The notes below the pieces were generated by a model. It did not search any database. It was not told the origin of the DNA and saw only the letters and a list, made by a program, of their open reading frames with translations. A program made the translations under genes and the position numbers. Source: Eledone cirrhosa (taxonomy: Eukaryota). From it: DNA of 64,000 bases. Positions 29,132 through 41,475 of this stretch are shown piece after piece. The stretch spans positions 159,278,001 to 159,342,000 of the forward strand of contig OZ024740.1 in the NCBI GenBank assembly GCA_964016885.1, read 5' to 3'. Every line of letters starts with the position of its first letter. Positions within the stretch are counted from its first letter, which is position 1.

Positions 29132-29322
29132 TGATGATAATAACAATAATATAAATGATAGTGTGAACCACCTGATCAATTACTATCGGAGCGAATTGGA
29201 TCTCATTCATAATTCTTGGAGTATACCACCTGAACAACGATTCATGGAGCGTCCAGGAAATGTTATAAATGGCAGCAGTAGTAGAGCGACCCAATATTGT
29301 CCTGAAATACCTCCCGACTTAC
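28251..29322 (+). CDS. First coding exon of a probable beta-1,4-galactosyltransferase / beta-1,4-N-acetylgalactosaminyltransferase (GT7, bre-4-like), type II Golgi membrane protein
   Basis: ATG at 28251 after an in-frame TGA at 28212; short basic N-tail MFKRK; hydrophobic signal-anchor LFLLLLLICLIMVTLSQILVV; long Asn-rich stem; YCPEIPPDL resembles B4GALT CPEESPLL; strong phase-1 donor C|GTAAGT at 29322/29323. Confidence 0.75.
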
Positions 29323-29503
29323 GTAAGTATATTGTTTAACAAATGTCTACCTATATCGATTGATCTATCCATCTATATATATATTTATTTACTTCTCTGT
29401 TGACTAGGCCTTTTACCTATGTATTTATATGTAGATATATATTTTATCTATCATTTTTATTATAAGCATATTATAGTCTGTGCTAATATTTGCTCTACGA
29501 GTT

Positions 29504-29534
<31 letters not shown>

Positions 29535-29616
29535 ATATATATACGTATACATACATACATATATATATACGTATACATACATATATATATACGTATACAT
29601 ACATATATATATACGT

Positions 29617-29658
<42 letters not shown>

Positions 29659-29703
29659 ACGTATATATATTTATATATAAGTATACATACATATACATAT
29701 ATT

Positions 29704-29792
<89 letters not shown>

Positions 29793-29839
29793 CCCAAATC
29801 GTGTAATCTCTGAATTTTGGTCTTTGTATTTGTTATTAC

Positions 29840-29882
<43 letters not shown>

Positions 29883-29994
29883 TTAGGGGTATATATGTGT
29901 GAGAGTGTGTGTGTGAATACACGACTACTCATTTTTCAAATAAGGCCTCTACAGCTCATCTGGAACAATAATACTCCTAAGTCCATAATTTTGT

Positions 29995-30030
29995 CAACGT
30001 TTTTAGACCCTCGCCGTCTCATCATCAGGT
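29995..30030 (-). ncRNA. Degenerate minimal hammerhead-like motif
   Basis: Minus strand reads CTGATGA tg agac-ggcgagg-gtct aAAAACGTTG; G12 is apparently mutated. Confidence 0.4.
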
Positions 30031-30294
30031 AGTGGTGGTGATTGATTTACTTTTACTGTTTATATATAGTTTTCACATACACTATAATCGTACAGTAAAT
30101 TGTCACGCAACACTTATGTATTCATACACGCACACATTCATGTGTGTGCGTGTATATGTGCAGGGGTCACACCTCCCGTTGTCAACAGATACAATAAGCA
30201 ATATAAACAAGTATGCATCAGGCGAATGTGAGGATCGCTGTGTGTTTGCCTTCGCCAACAACCAAATATCGATGTTTGTGTGTCTATGTATGTG

Positions 30295-30401
<107 letters not shown>

Positions 30402-30501
30402 ATGTATGTATGTGTTTATATATATAAGTATGGCCTTAGTCGGATGGCTGGAACAGGTAAAAAGAAAAAAAAAGTGTGTATGAATGTATGTATGTATGTA
30501 C

Positions 30502-30607
<106 letters not shown>

Positions 30608-30610
30608 GTA

Positions 30611-30658
<48 letters not shown>

Positions 30659-31019
30659 AAGATAACCGTGTTTGTGTCTGTGTTTGGAAATATAAACATT
30701 TGTAAATAATATTTCTGTCGCTCCTTGAGTAGAAATCGTGTTAGCGATCTCACTTTATATATATGATTGCGCGCGTGTGTGCGTGCGCGCACGCCTGTGT
30801 TGGCAAAAGACACGTGTCTTGAGTAAATAGCACGTGTTGCCATGTTATTAACGTTTCGTTTTATGTGAATATTTTAATAACAATAAGTATTTACTTAGAA
30901 GTATAAATCCACAGGCTTCCACATGGCTATATAATATAGAGAATCGCGAATACAGTTCATTGTATCTTGGGAAAGTGTCTACTATAGCCTCAGCTTCAGC
31001 ACACACTCTCACACACACT

Positions 31020-31054
<35 letters not shown>

Positions 31055-31210
31055 GTATATATATGTATATACTGTAGTAAAAGCACTCAGTCCATAAGAC
31101 CAGTTAAGTATAATTAAAACAGTGATATATACAGGTGCTTAAGATTCGTTGGGTTATGCACACCAACGGTACATAAGTACCTGTATATATCACTGTTGTG
31201 ACTAATTTTA

Positions 31211-31277
<67 letters not shown>

Positions 31278-31295
31278 GTAGATATAGATATATAG

Positions 31296-31339
<44 letters not shown>

Positions 31340-31346
<7 letters not shown>

Positions 31347-31720
31347 CAAATGGAAACTATATTTATAAAACCATATTTATTTCATTATACATATTTCAAG
31401 GGCCACCAAGGCAAACTATGGTGCGCTTTCATATAATATAGTTCTTTCCAGGAGATTCTAACCAGAATGGTTGCATTTTTTCAGGGTATGTCAATATTTA
31501 TTTATAAAACTAACCTATATTATATTTTATCTGATGAAAGCGCACCATAGTTTGCCTTGGTGGCCCTTGAAATATGTATAATGAAATAAATATGGTTTTA
31601 TAAATATAGTTTCCATTTGTTAATATATTGTATATTTACTCCAATAATTTGTTGAGTGCTTTACATCAGTTATAACAATATTTTGCTTGTTGTATCCCAA
31701 CAAATTAAATATAACCTCTA
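31340..31720 (+). mobile_element. Asymmetric fold-back element (family F9)
   Basis: Arms 31340-31432 / 31534-31627; contains the hammerhead at 31523-31588. Confidence 0.8.
31523..31588 (+). ncRNA. Type I hammerhead ribozyme
   Basis: tattttat CTGATGA aagcgcacca..tggtggccctt GAAA tatgta TA atgaaata: 8-bp stem I (one GU), bulged stem II, 2-bp stem III, AUA site. Confidence 0.8.
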
Positions 31721-31740
31721 CATTTATATATATATATATG

Positions 31741-31799
<59 letters not shown>

Positions 31800-31803
<4 letters not shown>

Positions 31804-32155
31804 CTAAGAATCGAACGGAGAATCAGTGGTGCGACGCATAAGATTTATTAGACACATTACAATCGTCTCTCTGGCGACCAGCTCGAGGCACGATCGATGC
31901 AATCATCAAACCAACTCTGCTTCGTAGAATCGAGACATATCTGAGGATCTTGCGATTTCAGAGTCAGGTTTGATCATTGCATCGATCGTGCCTTGAGCTG
32001 GTCGCCAGAGAAATGATTGTAATATGTCTAACAAATCTTATTCGTCGCACCACTGATTCTCCGTTTCTTATGTGATATTATATTCTGGTCTGTAAGAGCA
32101 TCGAGTGCTCAAACGGCATACCGCCTGCAGACGCTTTAAGCATCCCACACCAATT
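31800..32155 (+). mobile_element. Asymmetric fold-back element (family F8)
   Basis: Arms about 31800-31912 / 31966-32078; the tail has a GAGCA-tcgag-TGCTC hairpin followed by AAACGGC. Confidence 0.75.
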
Positions 32156-32650
32156 ATATATATATATATATGTATATATAAATATCATTTCGTTTCATTT
32201 TTTCCGTTTCATTTTTTATATATATATATATGTATATGTATGCATGTATGTATATATATATATATACATACATGCATATATATATATATATATATATATA
32301 TAAGTGTAAGAATGGAAGCAACACGGAAGTATATTTAAAGAGTCTTTTTTTTTCTTTAATCCGACAAATTGATTATTGGAAACAAGAGAAAGACAATAAA
32401 TATTTATATATATATAGATACACAAAGGCAGACATACGTATATATATATACATGTATTTATATATATGTATGTATATATATATATATATATACGCATGTA
32501 TATATGCATGTATGTGTGTGTATATATGTATGTATGTATATATGTATGTATATATGTATGCAGGACAAAAAACAAAACCTGACAAAGGGCGGAAGAACTC
32601 ATAAGAGTCAACAGCCATCCGAAAGTGTGTAAATATGTATATATACATAT

Positions 32651-33227
32651 CCCGCGCGGTTAAACCACTGGGAGTGAAGGACGGGTCGTTGGCGACTAAA
32701 CTGGCAACCCCACCAAGGTTTCTTGGTGAGGAGGGTGACTTTGGACATCCTGCAGGACTAAAAACAAAACCTGTCAAAGGGCAAAGCAGCTCTTAAGAGT
32801 CAATGGCCATCCAAAATCACCGGGAGAGATGACCCCTTAGCCTTTGTCAAGGCAGAATTCTAGGAGAAGGAAAACTCTGATATAACACCTGCAACTCTGA
32901 TGGTATCCAATGATGTTGACTTGTTCTTCTTTTTGGTAAATATCATCTTGGTTAAGAGAGTGGGACTGGCTTTGTGCAGTACCTTTTCTCACTATAAAAG
33001 CTTCACGCCACAGGTATTGATTTATATCTGGAGATCTCTCTGCACTTGTCGTCACATGGTACCATGGGCCCAGCACTATGTGTCAATAATTGTCACAAGT
33101 GTAATGTTTGTACCAGAGTTTTCAAGTCGCTGGCTGGACTAAAAAGTCACACTCGTTCAGCGTATCGGTAGGAGTTCTACATGGATATAAAGTAGTGGCC
33201 GTACTCGAAAACGAGTTGGCAGCCACC
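32651..33227 (+). mobile_element. Third copy of the ~605-bp RTE-derived non-autonomous element, (TATG)n tail
   Basis: Matches 11008-11553; fragments also at 32560-32625 and 40055-40165. Confidence 0.8.
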
Positions 33228-33579
33228 ATGTATGTATGTATGTATGTATGTATGTATGTATGTATGTATGTATGTATATGTCTGTGTGAAGCTTAGTCCT
33301 TATGTAAATAAATTGCAAACCCAAATATGTTATTGCAATTTCCTAACCTTCTCTCGCCACAACAGAAGTTTTCTCTTTTTATTAAGAGCAATTCACTACA
33401 CAGCACACTCAGAGTAAAAACGAAATACATACATGAATAAATAAAATTGTCTGCTTCGAAAATCGGCACGGGTTTGAATCTTATCGAAGCTGCTGTACTC
33501 ACCTGTTTCTCTCACGTCACTGTCCATTACCGCTTCATAATCCACCTTTGTTTCATTAACTTATATATGTATATATATA

Positions 33580-33668
<89 letters not shown>

Positions 33669-33686
33669 ATATATATATATATATAA

Positions 33687-33728
<42 letters not shown>

Positions 33729-33754
33729 TTACATATATATACATATATATGTAA

Positions 33755-33794
<40 letters not shown>

Positions 33795-33806
33795 CTTCAA
33801 AATATT

Positions 33807-33843
<37 letters not shown>

Positions 33844-33845
<2 letters not shown>

Positions 33846-34180
33846 AGGAGGTGAGTTTTATTGTAGCACAATAAAGCAATGCAGATATCGGATAAGTATC
33901 ACTCTACAGTTTGTAGGACTGGAGTATACATAATATAAGATCAAAAGATGGTTAAAAGAGTTCCAAGTATTTTATTATGCGCATTTCAAGAGGGAAGTTT
34001 TAAATCAACATATGTTGATTTAAAACTTCACTATTCACAAGTGTTTTTAAGCTTCATATCATGTCACCCTATTTTATCTGATGAGAATGCAGATATCATC
34101 CCATGATGATATTTGTTTTTGAAATGCGCATAATAAAATACTTGGAACTCTTTTAACCATCTTTTGATCTTATATTATAT
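33844..34180. mobile_element. Asymmetric fold-back element (family F2) with an internal 36-bp perfect palindrome and a hammerhead
   Basis: Arms about 33930-33988 / 34119-34178; palindrome GAAGTTTTAAATCAACATATGTTGATTTAAAACTTC at 33994-34029. Confidence 0.8.
34070..34140 (+). ncRNA. Type I hammerhead ribozyme
   Basis: tattttat CTGATGA gaat gcagatatcatc-ccat-gatgatatttgt tttt GAAA t-gcgc-a TA ataaaata: perfect 8-bp stem I, 12-bp stem II core, palindromic GCGC loop III, predicted cleavage after 34132. Confidence 0.88.
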
Positions 34181-34204
34181 ATATATTATTAATATTTTGA
34201 AGTA

Positions 34205-34252
<48 letters not shown>

Positions 34253-34262
34253 ACATATATAC

Positions 34263-34334
<72 letters not shown>

Positions 34335-34396
34335 ATATTTTACACACACATATCTATCTATCTATATATATATATAATGTATATATAATGTTATAT

Positions 34397-35010
34397 ATCT
34401 TCTTCTTCTTCTTCTTCTTCTTCTTCTTCTTCTTCTTCTTCTTCTTCTTCTTCTTCTTCTTCTTCTTCTTCTTCTTCTTCCAAGCCAGACCATGCAAGCT
34501 CATGGATGTTATCCAACCATGTTGCTCGGTGTCTACCCCTGGGTGTCCTGCCGGTTTGTTTTGCCTGTAGAATATGCCCAGGGTTTCTTCCTGATACATT
34601 CTAATCACATGCCCATAGTATCAAAGCTGTGATCCCTCAATTTGGAGAACTAGAGGCTCTATCTGGAGTGACACTCCAGTCTCCGAGCTGCGCACTCTAT
34701 CGAGCAACTAAGCATCACATTCTGACAACCGGGGTCTTTTGCGTATCCCCACTACCGCCTGTGCTGTTATTTCTGGCACCACACCTGTAGAGTGGAGTTT
34801 CCATCCTCCATCCAAATCTACATATCAGATCCACGGGACTTCGTTGAGGCGACCCCGGCTATATCTATACGGTAGCACCTGTAAGGCTTGTGATGTTCCA
34901 GGTTCCAATTGACAAGGTTCTCCCTTCCGCTTTTGGGTTTCGGGATAGCAATCTTTGTGCGTCCATCCCATGCCTCACAGGACAGGTCTGAGGCCCATCG
35001 CCTGATTTGG
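34397..35010 (-). mobile_element. Internally deleted RTE (Expander/Rex3-like) element: APE start fused to the 3' end with a (GAA)n tail
   Basis: LSIGTWNITSLTG and DLDGGWKLHSTGV (APE N-terminus) joined to C-terminal sequence; (TTC)n at 34397-34480. Confidence 0.75.
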
Positions 35011-35448
35011 CGGCATGAAATGGAGACTGCAATATATTTTTTGAACAGGCCCTTCTACCTAAGGCCTGAATGCGTCTGTTGTTAACCCACCCGACGGACG
35101 ATGCGGTATGGTTCTTTTTTGTTTTCCTCATTATATTGCAGTTTCAGGTTCAGTGGTCTTATTCGCGCCAGTCACCAATCTGCTACTTTGTCAAACCCGC
35201 GAAGACTAGGTTTTTTTTAGAAGTAGGTTTTACTCGCCTCGTCGTAGCGACGTCACTGTTTTGTGTAAGTTTTCTTGGGAGCTACAAGTGCCACACACTT
35301 CTTTATCTCCCCAAGCAGTTTACGGTTGCTGGTCTGGGGTTGCTTATTCGTCCAGCATTTGCCCGCTTATATCGCAACTAGCCATATTTGGTGTCCGTAT
35401 CACTATCAGCCACCCGCGACCCGTTCTCTAGTAGAACATCTCTGCCGA

Positions 35449-35557
<109 letters not shown>

Positions 35558-35608
35558 CATTTTTGTTAAGGCTAAAAAACTTAATCACAGTGTCATCTGA
35601 CAAGATCT

Positions 35609-35658
35609 TCTTGTCTGATGACCTTTTGCTAAACAGGTGAAACTCTAGAGTAACAAGA
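35609..35658 (+). ncRNA. Type I hammerhead ribozyme
   Basis: tcttgt CTGATGA cct-tttgctaaac-agg t GAAA ctctagag TA acaaga: 6-bp stem I, palindromic stem III ACTCTAGAGT, GUA site; one extra nt before GAAA. Confidence 0.75.
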
Positions 35659-35749
35659 CTCACATTTTAGCGTTAATAAAAAATGAACATTACAACCCTA
35701 CTCCGTCAACCACTTGGGAGAGTCGTGTTGACAGAGTCCTCAAACACAC

Positions 35750-36230
35750 CTTTCAGCGGGTCATGTTAGAAGCAACAATTTTCAATTGATCATGTTGAAT
35801 TCCCAAGTGAGACCAGCTGAGCTCTTGGATATCATCTATTTTGTTCGGAGCCTATCCGGATGTTGCCTGCCAGTTGGTTATGCCCGTTGATTCTGTGCAG
35901 CAATTTTCTCCTGAGACATCTTAACAACAAGCCCGTAAAATCGGAGCTGTGATCTCTCAATTCAAAGAAATAGCGGCTCTATCCGAGCTACGCACTCTCT
36001 TGAATAACGTTACTCCAAAGTCCCTTCAGAGGAACCCCATTTCGGCCGCTTGCATTCGCAATGCTATTCTTTAGGTCATTACCCAACATTCCTGTCCATA
36101 CGTAAGGGTGGCACGAATAACGAATTGAAGATAGCGAGTGTGGCTTTTACACATACCGCCCTTCTAATTACTGCGCCAACTCCAGCAATTCTTGAACTTA
36201 ATTCAACCTTCTGCCTTCCATTTCCTCGAG
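35750..36230 (-). mobile_element. RTE 3' fragment (degenerate)
   Basis: Colinear similarity to 43580-44080. Confidence 0.65.
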
Positions 36231-36636
36231 TCAGGGAGGAATCCAGGATTGGTGCGACATATATACACAGGAATACTGGATATATGAGTAATTATCAAAC
36301 TAGGTTATTTGTTCTTGATAAATTAATCGTTTTCATAAAAGACACCCAATAGTTTATGTTGATTACTGATATTTATGAGTAAATAAAGAACGAAAATTAT
36401 ATATTTCTAATTCATATGAAGGATATAATTACGAAAATGTTCAGCGTGTATGTACAAATAACATACCGGATTAAATGTATGAGTACCTTTGGAGAAATAG
36501 CTATTTACAGTTAGAACCCATAACCATCTGATTGGAAAGGGAACTTCTTATTGTATCAACAATGATTTATATAGGAAAGGCATTGTGTCTATGTTTGTGG
36601 GGTTAAATTTTAAAGAGCTACAGACTGATATATATG

Positions 36637-36855
36637 GAGGCGTGTGGCTGAGTCGTTAGAGAATTGGATTCGCAATCGTGAGGTTGTGAGTTCGATTCCT
36701 GGACCAGGCGTTGCGTTATGTCCTTGAGCCAGACACTTTATTTCACGTTGCTCCTTCTACCTGGAGTTGCGACCGATAGAGAGTATTAGCAATTGGAAAG
36801 ACCAACGGAAACATTGTTTCCTCGGTCCGATTTGACGAAAGTCGGTCGATCCTTA
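36637..36855 (+). mobile_element. tRNA-derived SINE family B (CORE-like)
   Basis: A box TGGCTGAGTCG, B box GAGTTCGATTCC, GTCCTTGAGCCAGACACTT central domain; near-identical to 57367-57582. Confidence 0.85.
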
Positions 36856-36894
<39 letters not shown>

Positions 36895-36962
36895 ATAGAG
36901 AAATTAATGTAAGCAAAATGCCAACAATAATTCAGACATATAAGTGACTATACCATTAAGAT

Positions 36963-37008
<46 letters not shown>

Positions 37009-38072
37009 TAGAAACACATATGAAATATTGTTGTAACAATGATTTAACGTTAACCTTTGTTGCTCTCCTTTATCACTGCTATATCATCATTATCCATTCA
37101 TTATTTTCAGCTATTTGTCCACTGAAAGGAGAAGATACCACTCGAACCTATTGTGAGCCGTTCTCACCAACGTAACGCACATAAACCTATCAATGTCATT
37201 TCTCCAACTCGTCCATTGCTTTCCTCGACTACGCGAGCCTGTACCCCTCAGATGCCATCCTGTACACAGCTTTGTTTTTTGTTGCCAATGCCCACTTCAG
37301 TTTTCTCTTCGTAGTATGGTGTCTATGGTATCTTGTACTTTGGTTTGCAAACTTATCCTCGGAGAAGATTTTTTTTTTCCTTTTTATTGATTCCAAACAT
37401 GAATCCTTCTTTATTTTTTCTGTGCTCTTTTAAGCTTCCACATTAAACCTAATTACATTCCCGACTGCAACTTTGATATCCTTCCATACTTAAGGTTACT
37501 TAATAGTAGATCAATGTAGCCAGTCTTCGTCAGTTGTGTTGAAATTTATCATTATCAGTTGGGACCGACGAGATATTTACACACAGCGTGTGAATGTTAA
37601 GAGGACGAACGCTCCGTTAACGACGTCGGCGAATATTCGAATCGTTCCTTAACTTATAATACCCGTAAATTTAAGCGTTTATTTATAGAGTGTAGATGGA
37701 CAAGGGCTTAGAGTCTGCCTTCCCCGTTACTCCTAATCCTTCTTTCATTATGTAATTTTTCGCTCTCTTCATATTTATTGGGTAAAATATGTATATAAAA
37801 TTTGGTTATTTGGTTTACAAAACAAAATCAATGAATGTAAAAACATTTCCCCATTATGTATGTATGTATATGCATGCCTGTGTGTATGCATGTGTGTGTA
37901 GTATGTAAGTATGTTTTGGCTAAAGGTAGCTGCATAAAGCAACCAATAAAAGAAAGGTTGATACGTTATTTCGTTCACCTATTCTACCTCTCTGAAGAGC
38001 AAAACCTCGGGTGTATGTTGCCCCATGGTCACAGCGAACAGAATGAAAAAGGCGTTACACAGTAGGATAGCA

Positions 38073-38202
38073 ATGGAGATGTGCTGAATTAGCCATTCCT
38101 ACACACGTGGCTCATTTTTGTGTGGAACCAACTCCAACCCGATAGCAGTAAGAAGGTATTACCGGGAGCAAGGACATCAGTAATTTTAAGTAATTTTCAC
38201 TG
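38073..38202 (+). repeat. ~130-bp direct repeat, second copy at 40437-40566
   Basis: ATGGAGATGTGCTGAATTAGCC...GTAATTTTCAC is near-identical in both copies. Confidence 0.85.
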
Positions 38203-39059
38203 TTATAGGTTCAATGATAAAACTATCGGAAAGTCGCCAGTACTTTCAACAGCTTGCGATCTTCAGTTTGTTGTGCAAGGAAACCTGGTTCTGTCGCTGA
38301 ATTCACTAGGCTGCTGCTGGAGAACGTATCGATGCATATTGCGTCCCAGTTGTTTAAAAAGAAAACATTCTTAGCTTATGCGTGCTTGAAATGATAATTT
38401 TTCGATAATCTAATATCGTTTTTTGCTATTAAAAAAGTGGTTATTTACATTCGGGGTTGAAGCCTGATCATTTTTTTAAAATAAGCACAAGGCCAGCAAT
38501 TTTGGGAAACCTGTTAATGAGAATCCCGTAGTATATATTCGAAATCCAATCGAAATCCAATTTCATAAAATGTCCTATACCTTGTGTATATTCTCTCTCT
38601 CTCTCTCTCTCTAACACACAATTTTCACTCTTTCATTTAACAATGCAGATATCTTTAAACATTCCCGTCGCCCTCTCTCACTCTCTTTCGTTCCCTCCAC
38701 GAAGCTCTCTCACCCCCTCACTCCCACACTCAGACTCGCTCTCGCTGCATGTACACACTTTTTCGCTCGAGCTGACTGGAGTAACGTGAAATATATGCCT
38801 TGCACAAGGACACAACACGCCACTCAGACATGGAATCGAAATAGGCTTCTTACGGTCGTCAGTCCAACACTTTATTCAGTTGTCCACGTGCCTACAAAGA
38901 CACACGCATAGAAAATATCTCCCTTTCTCCCACCCTCACTCTCTCTTTCTCTCACTCCCTCTTTTTCCCACTCTCCCTCTCACTCCTTTACTCACATGTA
39001 GTTAATATATAAAAGAGTAGAATATTGGGACTTGTGTGTTTTACTCTTATTATAAACAT

Positions 39060-39250
39060 AGGAGGTGGATTGGCAGTATCGGTGTGAGGGTCGGACGCCA
39101 TGCTATGACGCATAGAGTTACGGCCCTCACCATTCTGAGTTCAAATCCCGCCGAGCTTAACTTTGCCTTTCATCCTTACGGAGTCGATAAAATAAAGTAC
39201 TAGTAATGCACTGGGTAATTGCTGGCCTTGTGCCAAAAGTAGAAACAATT
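39060..39250 (+). mobile_element. SINE family A
   Basis: Match to the family. Confidence 0.88.
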
Positions 39251-39321
39251 ACAAACATAGAGCTTGAAAGGCACAACAAATTATGCCTGTTAAACAGCAA
39301 AAGGTTAGCTATCTATGGATT

Positions 39322-39393
<72 letters not shown>

Positions 39394-40011
39394 AAGAGAT
39401 ATAGGTAACATCCCGACCGCGGCGCCAAGCGGTTTCGGTTTGTGTGTTCAGCAAACCTTAACGTGGGTGTATAATATTTGCAGGGTGTGTAAAAATACGT
39501 CACTAGTCTTCGGAGTGCTTTGGTCGAGTTTATCATAGTATTAAGGTGGGCTGATGGAGAAGGTGTGGGGCGGAGTCAGTAAATAATAAATGTATCTGGA
39601 CGGGCTAGGGGTCACGAGAAGGAAGTATGGGTTGGGTTAGGGGTGGTTAGATGTAGAAGGGGAAGGAGTATAATGGTCGTAGGAAGAGGGGTGCAGGGGA
39701 TGAGGGATTCGACTATGTGCAGGCAGAAAATCAATAATTGTGGGGAGAAGAATGGACACGTTCGTCACAGATTAATAATAATAAAATTAGGAAAAGTGAC
39801 AAATAGAAGACAATGAAGGAATTCAAGGCAGAACGAGGAAAATATTTTAAAGGGGAAACCTTAATTTTCTTTTTTTTTGTTTTGAAAATATAAAGGCAAA
39901 CGAAAGACACAGAACTGTTAAAGTCTTCAGCCATTGAGATGGACTTTGGCAGTTTCGACCCCTACCAAGTTTTTCATTCTTCTTCCCTCCAAAATTTCAA
40001 AGGAATCCCCC

Positions 40012-40056
<45 letters not shown>

Positions 40057-40220
40057 CCCCACCAAGTTTACTTGGTGAGGAGGGTGATTTTGGACACCCT
40101 GCAGGACAAAAAACAAAAACCTGACAAAGGGCGGAAGATCTCATGAGAGTCAATGGCCATCCAAAAATGTGTAAATATATACATACATGTATGCATGTGT
40201 GTGTGTATATATATATATAT

Positions 40221-40418
40221 ATAACAAAGGAAATGTGGTAAGGAACCAGATGGACCATAACGCACCAGACTACTCAATACTTAGGGTAGTAGGTTGGAAA
40301 TAGGGAAAAGTATGACCCGACGGCAGAGCTCAAGCCGTTTCGACGGCTATTTCTGGACTCCAGAAATAGCCGTCGAAACGGCTTGAGCTCTGCCGTCGGG
40401 GTCATACTTTTTCCTATA
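40221..40418 (-). mobile_element. Family F5 hairpin element
   Basis: Centre GACGGCTATTTCTGGA-C-TCCAGAAATAGCCGTC; long arm on the left. Confidence 0.8.
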
Positions 40419-40734
40419 TACATATATATATACATGCATGGAGATGTGCTGAATTAGCCATTCCTACTCACGGGGCTCATTTTTGTGTGGAACCAACTCC
40501 AACCCGATAGCAGTAAGAAGGTATTACGGGGAGCAAGGACATCAGTAATTTTAAGTAATTTTCACCGTTCAATGATAATTTTCGCGAAATTTATTATACT
40601 TATTCACCAACCAACCAACCAACCAAATTACTTCTCTAAGTGGCATTTCGAGCCACTTTTTTCCATATAAAACAGAAGTAACATTCAAAGACCAACCAGA
40701 GGTGAGAAAAACCACAAACCCTCCATCCTAATTC

Positions 40735-40774
40735 TTCTTTTGAAAAGCAGAAGAACTGCGAAACCGGTAAAGGA
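40735..40774 (+). ncRNA. Minimal hammerhead, U3-A8 core variant (family F7; solo arm 40700-40868)
   Basis: ttctt TTGAAAA gcag-aagaa-ctgc GAAA ccgg TA aagga; palindromic ACCGGT stem III. Confidence 0.7.
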
Positions 40775-41368
40775 ACCAAATAAATATATATTTAAAAAAA
40801 AAAGACTCCAGTTGCATTTTCGATTTCATCTTTTTTCCTTATACTTTCACTCGTGTAGGACACCGTTATATATATATATATATATATTAGAAAGTGAGGT
40901 TTTTTTACAAAATATATATATATAACGCGGTAGGGAAGCACTGTCTCGATGTAATCTATTAAGTTCGAAATACATAAAGGCAGTTATCCCTCGCTGCTCC
41001 TACTGGAATCCGCTAGACGTCGCTGGCTGTCAGTTTACGAAACTCACATACATATATGTATTCAGCTACATTGAGCCTAATTCTAATTCAACTTTTAAGT
41101 TGAGCTAACCTATACAGCTTATATAGAATAGGTGACGAGAATAACAATTTTTTACAAGAAATAGCAATCAATTTTGAAATGTCCATCAACTCGACATTTA
41201 AAGAGTAGCAATTAATAAAACATTCAGAAATTAGTCAATGAATAATATCCCTTAGAATATATAATTCAGAGAATCTTAAAAATATAAATATGGAACTATG
41301 TTAATTAAGACTCAGAATTGACCAAAGAGAAGATCACAGTAAAGTACTTTGAAATAAAGAAGCCTTAT

Positions 41369-41407
<39 letters not shown>

Positions 41408-41429
41408 GATATAAATATGCATATATATA

Positions 41430-41475
<46 letters not shown>

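Noticed and set aside
36637-36710. tRNA gene
   Set aside because: A and B boxes are present, but it continues into a multi-copy SINE body with no proper cloverleaf.
37111-37171. AG..GT-bounded candidate exon 2
   Set aside because: No GT7 motifs and a weak donor.
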